Shown one piece after another: positions 8,701 through 17,792 of a DNA stretch of 27,746 nucleotides (its first letter is position 1; every line of letters starts with the position of its first letter). The notes under the pieces were generated by a model, which saw nothing but the letters and a program-made list of their open reading frames with translations, ran no database searches and was not told the origin of the DNA. Source of the stretch: Meiothermus sp. (GTDB lineage Bacteria; Deinococcota; Deinococci; Deinococcales; Thermaceae); contig JANRLD010000030.1 of NCBI GenBank assembly GCA_033762915.1, positions 1 through 27,746 on the forward strand. The letters run 5' to 3'. Position numbers and translations under genes: made by a program.

Positions 8701-11700
8701 GTGGGGATGCGGGCATTAGACTGGGCTCGAGACGCCATGCAGGGAATCGAGAAACGGCTGGCCGGACTGGCCCTAAAGCGGCCAGGGTTTGCTGTGGGGC
8801 TGTGGGGAGAGCCGGGAGTGGGGAAAACTCACGCGGCACGGAAGATCCTTGGGCGGGTCGGGTTTCGCAGCGTCTGTGTTGCGGCCACCAGCCCACTCAA
8901 TCGGTTGGTTAAGGCCCTACCGCTGCCCACCAGCCTGCCGAGCTGGCTCGAGCGCGGCCTCGAGCGACTCAGTCGGGGCGAACTGGCCGAGACACAAAAA
9001 CTCTCGGATTTCCTGGGAGCCCTTTTGGCGGAGTCGGGCCCGCTGGTGCTGGGCCTCGAAGACCTGCACGAGGCATCAGCCGAGCGCTCGGAGCTGTGGA
9101 ACACCCTGGCCCAGAAGGTTCGGCGGACACCCGGCGTTGCGTTGTTGGCAACCAGTAGGGTACTCCCACCGGAGGGTTTCGAGGCGGCACGGGTTGAGCC
9201 CTTGGGTGTGGAGGAGAGCGAACAGCTGTTGAAGCAGGAATTGGGCGACACCCTGCCCGAGGAAGCCAACAGCTGGATTTTCTCCCGGGCCCGAGGGAAC
9301 CCACTTTTCACTCTCGAGTACCTGCGGCACCTGACCCGCCAGGGCCACCTGTGGAACGACGGGCGGCGCTGGAACTGGCGCGAGCCTCCGAGTCATGCGA
9401 TGCCGCTCACGGTCGAGGCCTTGATCGAGCAGACCTTGAAGACGGCCACTCTCGAACCTTTGCATCGAGAAGTGCTGGAGGCTCGAGGGCTACTCACTGG
9501 CCCTGACCCTCTGCTGTGGTCGGCCATGGTGGGGTGCGGCGCGGCCGAGTTCAAGCAAGCTCTGTCATACCTCGAGCAATCCGGCGTGTTGCATGGTGGC
9601 GACTTTGCCCATCCCCTTTACCGTGAGGTGGTGTCCCGAGGTGCACCGGCCGCCCGACAGCAGGGGTATGCGCGCCGAGCCGTGGCAGCACTGAACGACC
9701 CGGTAGCCAAGGCCGAGTTCCTCGAGCGAGCAAGTCTGGATGCCGATGTCACGCGGGAAGGATTAGTTCAGGCCGCCGAGGTATGTGAGGCCCGGGGGCA
9801 GAGCGTGGAAGCGGCGCGGTTCAGGGCGCGAGCTGCCCAGTTCGCGGTTGGAGAGATCCGCACCCGGCTTGCGCTTTCGGCGGCGCAGGTTCTGCGCACG
9901 GTCAGTCTTCCTGAGGCCACCCGACTCGCCGAGATGGTCCTGGAAGACCCGCGCGCCCCCACCGAGGCCGTATACCTGCTGGCCGAACTGCTGGCCTCAA
10001 GGGGGCGCATGGAAGAGGTTGGAGGGGTGCTGCGGCGGCTGTCCGAAGCGGAGCGCAACGGCGCTGAATGGCCCCGAAGGCTTCTGGGGCTGCGGGCGCA
10101 CGTGCGCGACTTTTCGGGGGTGCTCGAGCTTTGGCAAACCCACCCGGAGTTGCGTGAAAATCCCGATCCGGAAGTGGTGTGCCACGTGGGCTGGGGTCTG
10201 GTGATCGGAGGGAAGCTGGAAGACGCTCGAGCCCTTCTGCAGCCACTTGAGGCTGAAAACTTGCCGCCCGAACGGGCAGGCGACGTTCACCAGCTGCGCG
10301 GAACGGTCTGCGCCTACCGGGGCGAACACACAGCAGCGGCGCGGCTGTACGAGTCTGCGGTGGGGGCTTACCGGCTGGCAGGGGCGGCTTCCAAACTGGT
10401 GATCGCCCTAAAGAATCGGGCCAACCTTCTGATCCGATTGGGCGAGCACCTTACCGCCAAGGTCGACCTCGAGGAGGCGCTCGAGCTGTGTGCGAACCTG
10501 GGTGACCATACGGGTCACGCCCAGGTGCAGACCACCTTGGGGCAGGTGTTGCTGGGTCTGGGCGAGTACGAGGCCGCTGAAAGCCGGCTGCAAGAGGCGC
10601 TGCGTACGCTCCACCGAACCGATCTGCTGCACATCGCCCACCACTGCGAGAACGTACTTTGCCAGCTGTACACGGCCTGGTCGCCGCCGCTAGGTCGGGT
10701 GATGGCACTAAAGCACGCCGAAAGCGCCTTGGCCCTGGCCCGTCGCATGAACCACCCGCGGTTCCTGGCGCAGGGAATGGCGCTTCTGGGGCAGTCCGAG
10801 ACCCGACGGGGGAACCCCCAACGGGGCCTCGAGCTGTGCCAGCAAGCCCTCGAGATCGCCCAATCCTCCGCAGAGTCCGAGCTTCTTTGCATCGTACAAA
10901 GCTTTTGTGGCGAGGCCCTCGAGGTACTTGAACGTCCATCAGAGGCTCGAGAAGACTTCCTACAGGCCCTCCGACTGGCCGAGTCGACCGGTCTGATGTA
11001 CGAGGCGCAGCGCATTGGACTGCGCCTGGACGCCCTGGAGAAAAACCCCTTAAGGGCCAAAACCCGACTGGAGTGGCTTTCTCAGCGAGGCCTGAGGAGC
11101 GGAGTGGCGCTGGCAGGTGAGCTGTTCCCCGCCCTCGAGCACCAGCCGTCGGCGGTCGTCGAGCCCGAATTGCCGCGACTCGAGGTGCTGGGGCCGATGG
11201 GTTGGCGCGTGGGCGAAGAGGTGCAGCCCGTGCGCGGTCAGAAGCGCAAGGAGTTGCTGGCGATGCTGCTGGAGGCCCGAATGGCCGGCCGGGCCGAGGT
11301 GGGCAAGCTCGAGTTGCTTGACGCGCTCTACCCCGAGGTCGATGAGGCCCAGGCTGGTGCAAGCCTCAAGACCGGCATTAGCCAGCTCCGCAGCGCCTAC
11401 GGGCAGGCAGTGCTGCGAACCACCAGCGGCGGCTACGCGCTGGGCGAGGTCGAAAGCGACGCCGAGGCGTTTTTGCGGGACGGAAGCCCTGGGCTGTGGC
11501 GTGGCCCGTACCTGATCGACGCCGAGAGCCGCGACGAGAATGTGCGGGAGGGAATGTACCAGGCCCTAAAGCGTGCAGTGGAAGAGCGGCTCCAGTCCGA
11601 CCCTGCCGAGGCGGTGCGCTCTAGCCGGATTCTGCTCGAGGCCGAGCCCTACGACTTGGGGGTATTGACCCTCGGACTTCGGGCGCTGCGGGCCAGCAAC

Positions 11701-11817
11701 AACCACCGCAGCCTGGCCCGCGCCTACCATGCCGCGCGGGAGCGTATGCTGGAGGTTGGGGAATCCCTACCCGAGCAGTGGGCCGAGTTTCTTGAGATGG
11801 CCTCGTCAAGCCCGTAG
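8701..11817 (+). CDS. STAND-class NTPase with TPR repeats and C-terminal winged-helix/BTAD-like domain (putative transcriptional regulator)
   Basis: Walker A GEPGVGKT, Walker B LVLGLEDLHEA, LATSR sensor, RGNPLF (GxP), FAHPLYRE, long TPR-like helical region, then LEVLGP...ELLDALYP...SQLR...GGYAL winged helix and LWRGPYL/EPYDL BTAD-like motifs. Start could be ATG 8707. Confidence 0.88.
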   Translation: MGMRALDWARDAMQGIEKRLAGLALKRPGFAVGLWGEPGVGKTHAARKILGRVGFRSVCVAATSPLNRLVKALPLPTSLPSWLERGLERLSRGELAETQKLSDFLGALLAESGPLVLGLEDLHEASAERSELWNTLAQKVRRTPGVALLATSRVLPPEGFEAARVEPLGVEESEQLLKQELGDTLPEEANSWIFSRARGNPLFTLEYLRHLTRQGHLWNDGRRWNWREPPSHAMPLTVEALIEQTLKTATLEPLHREVLEARGLLTGPDPLLWSAMVGCGAAEFKQALSYLEQSGVLHGGDFAHPLYREVVSRGAPAARQQGYARRAVAALNDPVAKAEFLERASLDADVTREGLVQAAEVCEARGQSVEAARFRARAAQFAVGEIRTRLALSAAQVLRTVSLPEATRLAEMVLEDPRAPTEAVYLLAELLASRGRMEEVGGVLRRLSEAERNGAEWPRRLLGLRAHVRDFSGVLELWQTHPELRENPDPEVVCHVGWGLVIGGKLEDARALLQPLEAENLPPERAGDVHQLRGTVCAYRGEHTAAARLYESAVGAYRLAGAASKLVIALKNRANLLIRLGEHLTAKVDLEEALELCANLGDHTGHAQVQTTLGQVLLGLGEYEAAESRLQEALRTLHRTDLLHIAHHCENVLCQLYTAWSPPLGRVMALKHAESALALARRMNHPRFLAQGMALLGQSETRRGNPQRGLELCQQALEIAQSSAESELLCIVQSFCGEALEVLERPSEAREDFLQALRLAESTGLMYEAQRIGLRLDALEKNPLRAKTRLEWLSQRGLRSGVALAGELFPALEHQPSAVVEPELPRLEVLGPMGWRVGEEVQPVRGQKRKELLAMLLEARMAGRAEVGKLELLDALYPEVDEAQAGASLKTGISQLRSAYGQAVLRTTSGGYALGEVESDAEAFLRDGSPGLWRGPYLIDAESRDENVREGMYQALKRAVEERLQSDPAEAVRSSRILLEAEPYDLGVLTLGLRALRASNNHRSLARAYHAARERMLEVGESLPEQWAEFLEMASSSP

Positions 11818-11934
11818 TCTTCTACTGTACGGTTTGCCAAACCCAACACGGCCGGTATATGGCATTAGGAAAGCAGCACCCAAAAAAGGGATGGAGCGAT
11901 GTATATCGCCAGAGTTACATCCAAGGAGAACGCG

Positions 11935-12849
11935 ATGGCTCGAGTGCTTCTGATCCTGGCAATCCTGCTCACTTCTTGCTGGCACACCTCCCCCACCCCT
12001 CCGACAAACCCAAATCCAAATCCAAATCCGAACCCAAATCCAAATCCGAACCCAAATCCAAATCCGAACCCAAATCCCGCCCCCACTGGGCTGAGTAAAG
12101 CGGGACTGGTGTGGATGGACGAGGTCAGCACATACGACTTCAACCTGGAACCGCCCATTACTGGGGTCGTCACCACCGGCAGGGCCAGTTTTGTTCAGCT
12201 CGCCACCAGCGTTACCGAACCACCCACCAACTTCTTGGGCACCTTGGACGTCTGCACGGTGGGCTCGGACAGCACATACCAGCCGTCAATCGCTGCGGGA
12301 ACAGGATTGGACGCGGGATCCGCCGTCACCATCAAGCGGGCGGACGCCAGCACCTTCTCAACCCTGTCCAAACTGGGCACCGGAACGTACCAGGGCTCGA
12401 GCCCCGCGACGTTGCCCACTGGTATCCAAGTGACCATTCCGGGGGCCGATTTCCCGGCAGTCAACGCCGCGCTAACAGTGGCCTCGGTACCCACCGCGGT
12501 GAGTGCACAGGGTTTCACCCAGTTCGAACCGCCAGTGGGCGTGGGCGCCGACCTTGCCGACAACACGGTCTGGAAGTGGGCCACGGTGGCGCTGCCGGCA
12601 GCCACCAGTAGCGCTATGGTGATGGTGGCACGCGGAAACCTTGGCGGAGGAAATACGGTCACAGTAGTGTGCAAAGCTCGAGACGACGGCGAGTTCGCAC
12701 TCCCCGCTGCCACCATTGCCGACCTCGAGACGCGCGGCCTCACCACCATTAGGGTGGCCTCCTCGGGGCGGTTTATTGTCCAGACTCAGACCGTGGGCAC
12801 AGGTGCCTACTTGGTGAAAGTGACCTCGAGTCAGCTCAAGGCCCCCTAG
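11935..12849 (+). CDS. Uncharacterised lipoprotein with (Asn-Pro)12 linker and beta-rich domain
   Basis: AAGGAG RBS at 11923-11928; MARVLLILAILLTSC lipobox; Thr/Ala/Val/Gly-rich body with two further Cys. Confidence 0.85.
   Translation: MARVLLILAILLTSCWHTSPTPPTNPNPNPNPNPNPNPNPNPNPNPNPAPTGLSKAGLVWMDEVSTYDFNLEPPITGVVTTGRASFVQLATSVTEPPTNFLGTLDVCTVGSDSTYQPSIAAGTGLDAGSAVTIKRADASTFSTLSKLGTGTYQGSSPATLPTGIQVTIPGADFPAVNAALTVASVPTAVSAQGFTQFEPPVGVGADLADNTVWKWATVALPAATSSAMVMVARGNLGGGNTVTVVCKARDDGEFALPAATIADLETRGLTTIRVASSGRFIVQTQTVGTGAYLVKVTSSQLKAP
12007..12078 (+). repeat. Coding tandem repeat of 12 hexamers AAYCCN encoding (NP)12, with an 18-bp higher-order unit
   Basis: Read directly; AATCCAAATCCGAACCCA occurs three times in tandem inside the array. 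Confidence 0.97.
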
Positions 12850-12913
12850 GGCGCACGGCACTAGGCAGACCAGCCTCAGTAGAGCTTTTGTCCCGTCCAG
12901 GATTGCGCGTTGA

Positions 12914-13222
12914 CTACCTCGAGATTGCGTGCTTGGCCCGTTCGAGTGCGCTGGGCTTTCTCGCGGCCATGCGGTCAATCAGAGCCTGTACCTCCGGGCT
13001 GACCACGGCCTGCACAATCATGCTTCCGCTGACAAAGTCTATGGGCGGCCCCATCTCCTCTTCGGCCCGATGGAGGCACTCGGCATAGAAGCGTGTGGCC
13101 TGTCTCGAAGCCACGCCCATCTCGTGAGGCAGGTGTTCGAAGCGCTCGAAATATACTTCCAAGGCCCGGTTGTTGATCGCAGCCTGGCTATGTCTGGCGG
13201 GTTTAGGTATGGTCTTGCCCAT
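12914..13222 (-). CDS. Hypothetical protein (102 aa)
   Basis: GGAGG RBS just upstream of ATG 13222 (MGKTIPKP...); protein-like helical composition; no family recognised. Confidence 0.65.
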   Translation of the reverse strand: MGKTIPKPARHSQAAINNRALEVYFERFEHLPHEMGVASRQATRFYAECLHRAEEEMGPPIDFVSGSMIVQAVVSPEVQALIDRMAARKPSALERAKHAISR

Positions 13223-13350
13223 CTCGAGCCTCCGGGGCGGGTGCAGTTCAGCCGACTGGTTTGAGGGGGTGAAGAGGTAGTTCAGGCGACACAACAGACC
13301 GCGTTGCCTGTTCGGATGATGTCATTATCGCACGCCGGGCGGTGAGAACC

Positions 13351-14172
13351 CTACAGCGCCTCAGCCCATACCTCGAGGGTCTCCAGCCGGGTGGCCCCGT
13401 AGGTGGTGCTGAAAGCCACATCGGCGGCGTCGCGCCCCTTGGCGACCACCACCCGGCCCGTACGCGGCGTGTTGTGCCGGGCATCAAAAGTGTGCCAGCC
13501 ACTGCCCAAATAGACCTCGAACCAGGCGTGGAAGTCCATTGGGAGGCCGTCGGGAGTTACCCCTATCTCGGGCAAGTAGCCGCTCACATAGCGGGCCGGG
13601 AGACTCAAGGCGCGGCAAAAGGAGACGCCGAGGTGGGCAAAGTCGCGACAGACCGCCTCGCCACGCTCTAGCGCCTCTAGTGCCGAGGTACCCGATCCAC
13701 TCCCGGCCTGATACCGGACGTTTTCGTGCAGCCAGTCGCAGACCGCCTGCACCTGCGGCCAGCCGTCCTCAAACCCACCGAAGCGCTCCCAGGCGGTGGT
13801 AGTCAGCAGGTCGGAAGGACAGTAGCGGCTGGGCAGAGTGTAGTGCAGCACCGCGTTGGGCAGGTCCTGCACCGGGACCTTGCGCAGTCGGTGATGAACC
13901 GCGTCCGGGTTTGGCGACACCTCGGTGATCGACTCGTGGCGTAGACGCAAGCTGCCCTGATCAGCCATTACCCGCCAGATTCGGTTTCCGTAAAGGTCTC
14001 GATAGGAGCTGAAGTGTAGCGGCTGAGGGCTGAAGGAGAGGCTGGTCTGAAGGAGGTGCTGGCTCGGGGTGTTCTTGGGCTCGAGGGCAAAAATCAATGG
14101 GGCGGCCATGGGGAGGCTGTAGGTCAGTTCACAACCCACCCGTATTGTGTGCACTGTCGCAGGCGGGTTCAC
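13351..14172 (-). CDS. Transglutaminase-like cysteine protease family protein
   Basis: PSRYCPSD, AVCRDFAHL (catalytic Cys), ARYVSGYL, DFHAWFEVY, TFDA and GRDAADV motifs. Leaderless: TAGACT-6nt-GTG. Confidence 0.94.
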   Translation of the reverse strand: MNPPATVHTIRVGCELTYSLPMAAPLIFALEPKNTPSQHLLQTSLSFSPQPLHFSSYRDLYGNRIWRVMADQGSLRLRHESITEVSPNPDAVHHRLRKVPVQDLPNAVLHYTLPSRYCPSDLLTTTAWERFGGFEDGWPQVQAVCDWLHENVRYQAGSGSGTSALEALERGEAVCRDFAHLGVSFCRALSLPARYVSGYLPEIGVTPDGLPMDFHAWFEVYLGSGWHTFDARHNTPRTGRVVVAKGRDAADVAFSTTYGATRLETLEVWAEAL

Positions 14173-14208
14173 CGCCGCAGTCTATCCCAAAGACCCTCTG
14201 CCTCGGCC

Positions 14209-14475
14209 TCACTGATGAAGGAAGAGTTGCTCGTCCTTGCGAACGAAGCCCATTCTGCGGATCATCGCCTCTTTAAACGCCGGACTCTCGGCCGCGTCTA
14301 CCTCGTCGGCAAGAGCGGTGATTTGCTGGCTGAGGCGTTCGACGCTGGCCTGGGTGGCCCGAATCTCGGTGCGTGTCTGGAAGTATCGCTGGGTCTCGAG
14401 GCCCACCAGTACCATCATGTGGAGCGTCCCCAACGCGAAAACAAGATGTAAAAAGCGATAAATTGGCTTCTCCAC
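14209..14475 (-). CDS. Septum formation initiator (FtsB/DivIC-like)
   Basis: 88 aa; single TM helix, coiled coil, C-terminal E..IRRMGFVRKDE typical of DivIC/FtsB; TATACT 9 nt before GTG. Confidence 0.8.
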   Translation of the reverse strand: MEKPIYRFLHLVFALGTLHMMVLVGLETQRYFQTRTEIRATQASVERLSQQITALADEVDAAESPAFKEAMIRRMGFVRKDEQLFLHQ

Positions 14476-14683
14476 GACGTTCGCAGTATATCATGGCCCT
14501 TCGAAATCGTGCTAGTGGGTCAATTGCGGGCCTCGAGGTCGAGATGTGGTGTTGCCGTGCCGCGAATTCACACTTTTCTTCAAGTTTCGCCAACAGGGAC
14601 ACGCGTATGGGCAAGAAAGCGTATACTGGACAAATTATGTAGCCAAGAGTACACTCACCGGATTAGCTTTTCACTGCGTAAGG

Positions 14684-14712
14684 GTGACTTTTTTTTGAAA
14701 ATAGTTTATATT
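14684..14712 (+). promoter_or_regulatory. Candidate promoter of the Fur-family gene in an AT-rich tract
   Basis: GTGACT-17nt-TATATT. Confidence 0.45.
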
Positions 14713-14778
14713 ATACAAAGTTGTACAACCTAACGATCTTTAAATGTGGGTTGGGAGGCTGGCGTATAGGGGGCGGTT

Positions 14779-15219
14779 ATGGCAAAGCTGAAGGAACGGG
14801 AGAACTATCGGTCGCGGTTGAAAGGCGTGGGGCTTCGCCACACGCTGCCCAGGGAGCGCATACTGATTTACCTGGACAAGAAGAGCACCCACCCCACCCC
14901 CGAGGAGTTATACCAGGGCCTTAAGAAAAAGGGCTATAACATCGGCCTCTCCACCGTTTACCTAAATCTCCAGGTGCTTCGCGACTCCGGTCTGCTGTGG
15001 GAGTTTAAAGACCAGAAAGGCAACACCCGCTACGACGGCTTTAATGAGAAGCACCATCACCTGTTCTGCCTTCAGTGCGGCAGCATAGAAGATGTGCTGA
15101 TCCGCGAGCTGCCAGAGTTCGACCCGGACCCCATCAAAAAGGCCGTCGAGGCCCGCAACGGGTGGTTCGTCGAGGAAGCCCGCCTCGAGCTGCGCGGGGT
15201 TTGCCCGCAATGCCAGTAA
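14779..15219 (+). CDS. Fur-family regulator, PerR-like
   Basis: HPTPEELY, STVY.NL, RYD....HHHLFCLQCG.IED and CPQC. His/Asp/His/His/Asp ligand pattern as in PerR, plus a Cys4 Zn site. Confidence 0.92.
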   Translation: MAKLKERENYRSRLKGVGLRHTLPRERILIYLDKKSTHPTPEELYQGLKKKGYNIGLSTVYLNLQVLRDSGLLWEFKDQKGNTRYDGFNEKHHHLFCLQCGSIEDVLIRELPEFDPDPIKKAVEARNGWFVEEARLELRGVCPQCQ

Positions 15220-15258
15220 GGCCGTGCTCTTTCGTTCGACTCTAAAACCCATGAATCC

Positions 15259-15284
15259 AGCTCGAGTGTCCCTCGAGCTTTTTT
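15259..15284 (+). terminator. Intrinsic terminator after the Fur-family gene
   Basis: AGCTCGAG-TGTCC-CTCGAGCT followed by TTTTT. Confidence 0.7.
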
Positions 15285-15447
15285 CTTGCTCAGGGCTCCA
15301 CAACCTTAAGATGTCACCGCAGGACGGCGGTGCCTTGCCCCAAAACCTCCCGAAAAACTGTCTCCAACAGTGTTTTCAACTCGGCGTGAAGCCGATTTTC
15401 GCTATAGTACCACTGTGGGCACTTGACGATCGACCTATAATGACGCC

Positions 15448-16347
15448 ATGACCCTCACCGCCCCGCAACAACTGCGCTACCGCCTAACCTACGGGGGACA
15501 CTCGGCTGGGGAGCAGCGCCTGACCCTCGAGCCGCGCAGGGAGGGGATGCGTCTGACCCTCGAGGCCAGCGTGGAGATGCCTCAGCCGCGCACCCGCCAA
15601 CGGTGGGAATCCGAGCTGGACAAGGAAGGGGTGCCGCGCCGATACCGCGAGCGGGTGGAGGGCGGGGGCAGCCGACTGATGGAAGTGGAGTTCTCCAAAG
15701 CCGACGGCCTGGTCTCGGTTCGCCAGGGTCGCGAAGAGTTCTCCATCCCCTACCTGGCCGAGATGCACGACCCTCTTTCGCTGATCCTGGCGGTTGGAAG
15801 CCTCTCGCTCGAGGTCGGGCAGGTCAAGATGTTTGCCATGGTGGGCGGACGGGCCTACGCCGAGCGGCTGTCCGACCAGACCCGCGAGACCCCCGAGGGC
15901 GAACAGTCGCTAAAGGTCTACCGCCTCCGTCCTGGACTAAGCCTCCTGTACTTCGATCCCGAAGGCTACCCCGTGCGTCTGACCCAAAAAGTCGGCGAGC
16001 ACGTGTTCGAGGCCGAACTCGAGCAGATTCAAGAAGTGGACGCTCGACAGCTCCGCGAGTCCAAGGAGGCACGCGAGCCCCGCGAACCCCGCCCGCAGGG
16101 CCGAGAACCCGGACCAGGGGGACGCGAGCGGAGTCGGATCGTTGGGCGGAACTCGAGTCGGGGCGAAGGCAGCCGTCCGAGAGTTGTTTCCGGCGAACCT
16201 CCTGCCGAACGAGGCCAACAGAACCGCCAGCGTCCGCAACCGCAGCCCAGCCAAAGTGCCCCTGCCGAACCCCAGGGCGAAGGCAAGGAGAAGACCGGCG
16301 AGTCCTCCTCTTCTCGCCGCAGGCGCCGGCGCAGAAGGTATAGCTGA
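15448..16347 (+). CDS. DUF3108-like beta-sheet protein with a long disordered Arg-rich C-terminal tail
   Basis: N-terminal [12 protein letters not shown] and HDPLS motifs resemble DUF3108; ~105-aa R/E/P/G/Q/S tail. Leaderless: TATAAT-6nt-ATG. Confidence 0.72.
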   Translation: MTLTAPQQLRYRLTYGGHSAGEQRLTLEPRREGMRLTLEASVEMPQPRTRQRWESELDKEGVPRRYRERVEGGGSRLMEVEFSKADGLVSVRQGREEFSIPYLAEMHDPLSLILAVGSLSLEVGQVKMFAMVGGRAYAERLSDQTRETPEGEQSLKVYRLRPGLSLLYFDPEGYPVRLTQKVGEHVFEAELEQIQEVDARQLRESKEAREPREPRPQGREPGPGGRERSRIVGRNSSRGEGSRPRVVSGEPPAERGQQNRQRPQPQPSQSAPAEPQGEGKEKTGESSSSRRRRRRRRYS

Positions 16348-16496
16348 GTCCGGGGCAGTTTGTCGAGTCCCGCGACCTCGTAGCCACCAAGACCACCGAA
16401 TCCCCGTCAACGTTACCCGAATCCAAAAGCCTTCGCGTCCGCTGTTGTTGGTTCCGCTCGACCTTTGTGTTGGTCTCGCCCCGGTTTACCACCCCT

Positions 16497-17750
16497 ATGA
16501 TTCGAACGCCTGATGAAATCCGCGCCCGGTTCGCAAACCGCCGCATGACGGTAGAGTACGGAGACGCCCTTGAGACCGTTCGCGAAATCCTTAAGCGCGT
16601 AGAGACCGAAGGCGACGCTGCCCTCGACGAGATCAGCGTTCGTCTGGACGGCTCGCCCGTGGACGAAGTACCCAAGAAAGTTTGGCGTGAGGCCTACGAG
16701 GGCCTGGACTCCGAGTTGCGCGACGGACTCGAGACCGCCAAGGAGCGGATCGAACAGTTTTACTCCTTGGAGCCCCGAGGGGGGTTTCTCGAGGCAACCG
16801 AGCAAGGGGTGCTGGGGCAGCTTATACGCCCTCTGGACCGTGTGGGGGTCTACGTGCCCGGCGGAAGTGCGCCGCTGCTCTCAACTGTGCTGATGACGGT
16901 GGTTCCGGCCCGGGTGGCCGGGGTGGGTGAAATTGTGATGGCCTCGCCGCCCAAGCTTCATCCGGCAATTCTGGCGGCGGCCTGGGTGGCGGGAGCAGAC
17001 CGGCTGTTCGCCATGGGCGGAGCCCAGGCGGTGGGGGCACTTGCGTATGGGACGGCCCGGGTGCCGCGCGTGGACAAGGTAATGGGGCCAGGGAACCGTT
17101 ACGTGGTTCTGGCCAAGCGTGAGGTCTATGGCGTGGTGGGAATGGAGGGGCTGCCCGGCCCTACCGAGACCTTGATCGTGGCCGACCAAACCGCCGACCC
17201 CCGGCTGCTGGCTGCGGACATGCTGGCCCAGGCCGAACACGGAGCAGACTCCGAGGCCTGGCTGCTTTCCACTCATCTCGAGCTTCTCGAGGCTGTCAGG
17301 GCCGAACTCGGGCGCCAGCTTGAAAGCCTACCGAGATCCGAAGTTGCCCGGGCGGCCTTGGCCCGCAGCGGCCTAGTACAGGTGACCAGCATGGACCAAG
17401 CCCTCGAGTTGGCCAACCTCTATGCCCCGGAACACCTCTGCCTCAGTGTCCAAGACCCATTGGCCCTGCTGGGCCGGGTTAGGAATGCCGGTGGGGTGTT
17501 TCTGGGTGAGCACTCGTGCGAGGCGTTGGGCGACTACATTGCCGGGCCAAGCCATGTGATGCCCACAATCGGCACGGCCCGCTTTGGCGCGGGTTTGGCG
17601 GTGCGAGACTTCCTCAAAGCCATTCCGGTGGTGGGGCTTACCGCCGAAGGCGCTGCCCGGCTATCGACGCTGGGCGCGCGGATGGCGCGGGAGGAAGGTC
17701 TGGAGGCCCACGCCCGGGCACTAGTCCTACGTGCAGCGCGTAACGTCTAA
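16497..17750 (+). CDS. hisD: Histidinol dehydrogenase
   Basis: [43 protein letters not shown] and [13 protein letters not shown] motifs; ATG 16497 preferred to TTG 16467. Confidence 0.97.
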   Translation: MIRTPDEIRARFANRRMTVEYGDALETVREILKRVETEGDAALDEISVRLDGSPVDEVPKKVWREAYEGLDSELRDGLETAKERIEQFYSLEPRGGFLEATEQGVLGQLIRPLDRVGVYVPGGSAPLLSTVLMTVVPARVAGVGEIVMASPPKLHPAILAAAWVAGADRLFAMGGAQAVGALAYGTARVPRVDKVMGPGNRYVVLAKREVYGVVGMEGLPGPTETLIVADQTADPRLLAADMLAQAEHGADSEAWLLSTHLELLEAVRAELGRQLESLPRSEVARAALARSGLVQVTSMDQALELANLYAPEHLCLSVQDPLALLGRVRNAGGVFLGEHSCEALGDYIAGPSHVMPTIGTARFGAGLAVRDFLKAIPVVGLTAEGAARLSTLGARMAREEGLEAHARALVLRAARNV

Positions 17751-17792
17751 ATTTGGTAGCAAATGGGTGAAAACCCAGCTACACTTCTAGCG

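Noticed and set aside
8701..11817. Avs-type antiphage STAND defence protein
   Set aside because: No N-terminal nuclease, SIR2, TIR or protease effector; the C-terminus looks like a DNA-binding winged helix/BTAD. A defence-related role is not excluded but is unsupported.
11859..12176. ORFs with (GF)n or KSKSEP repeats; CRISPR-like array
   Set aside because: These are alternative-frame or antisense readings of the (NP)12 repeat; there are no spacers.
15423..15441. TTGACG/TATAAT as a -35/-10 pair
   Set aside because: The spacer is only 7 nt; only the -10 is credible.
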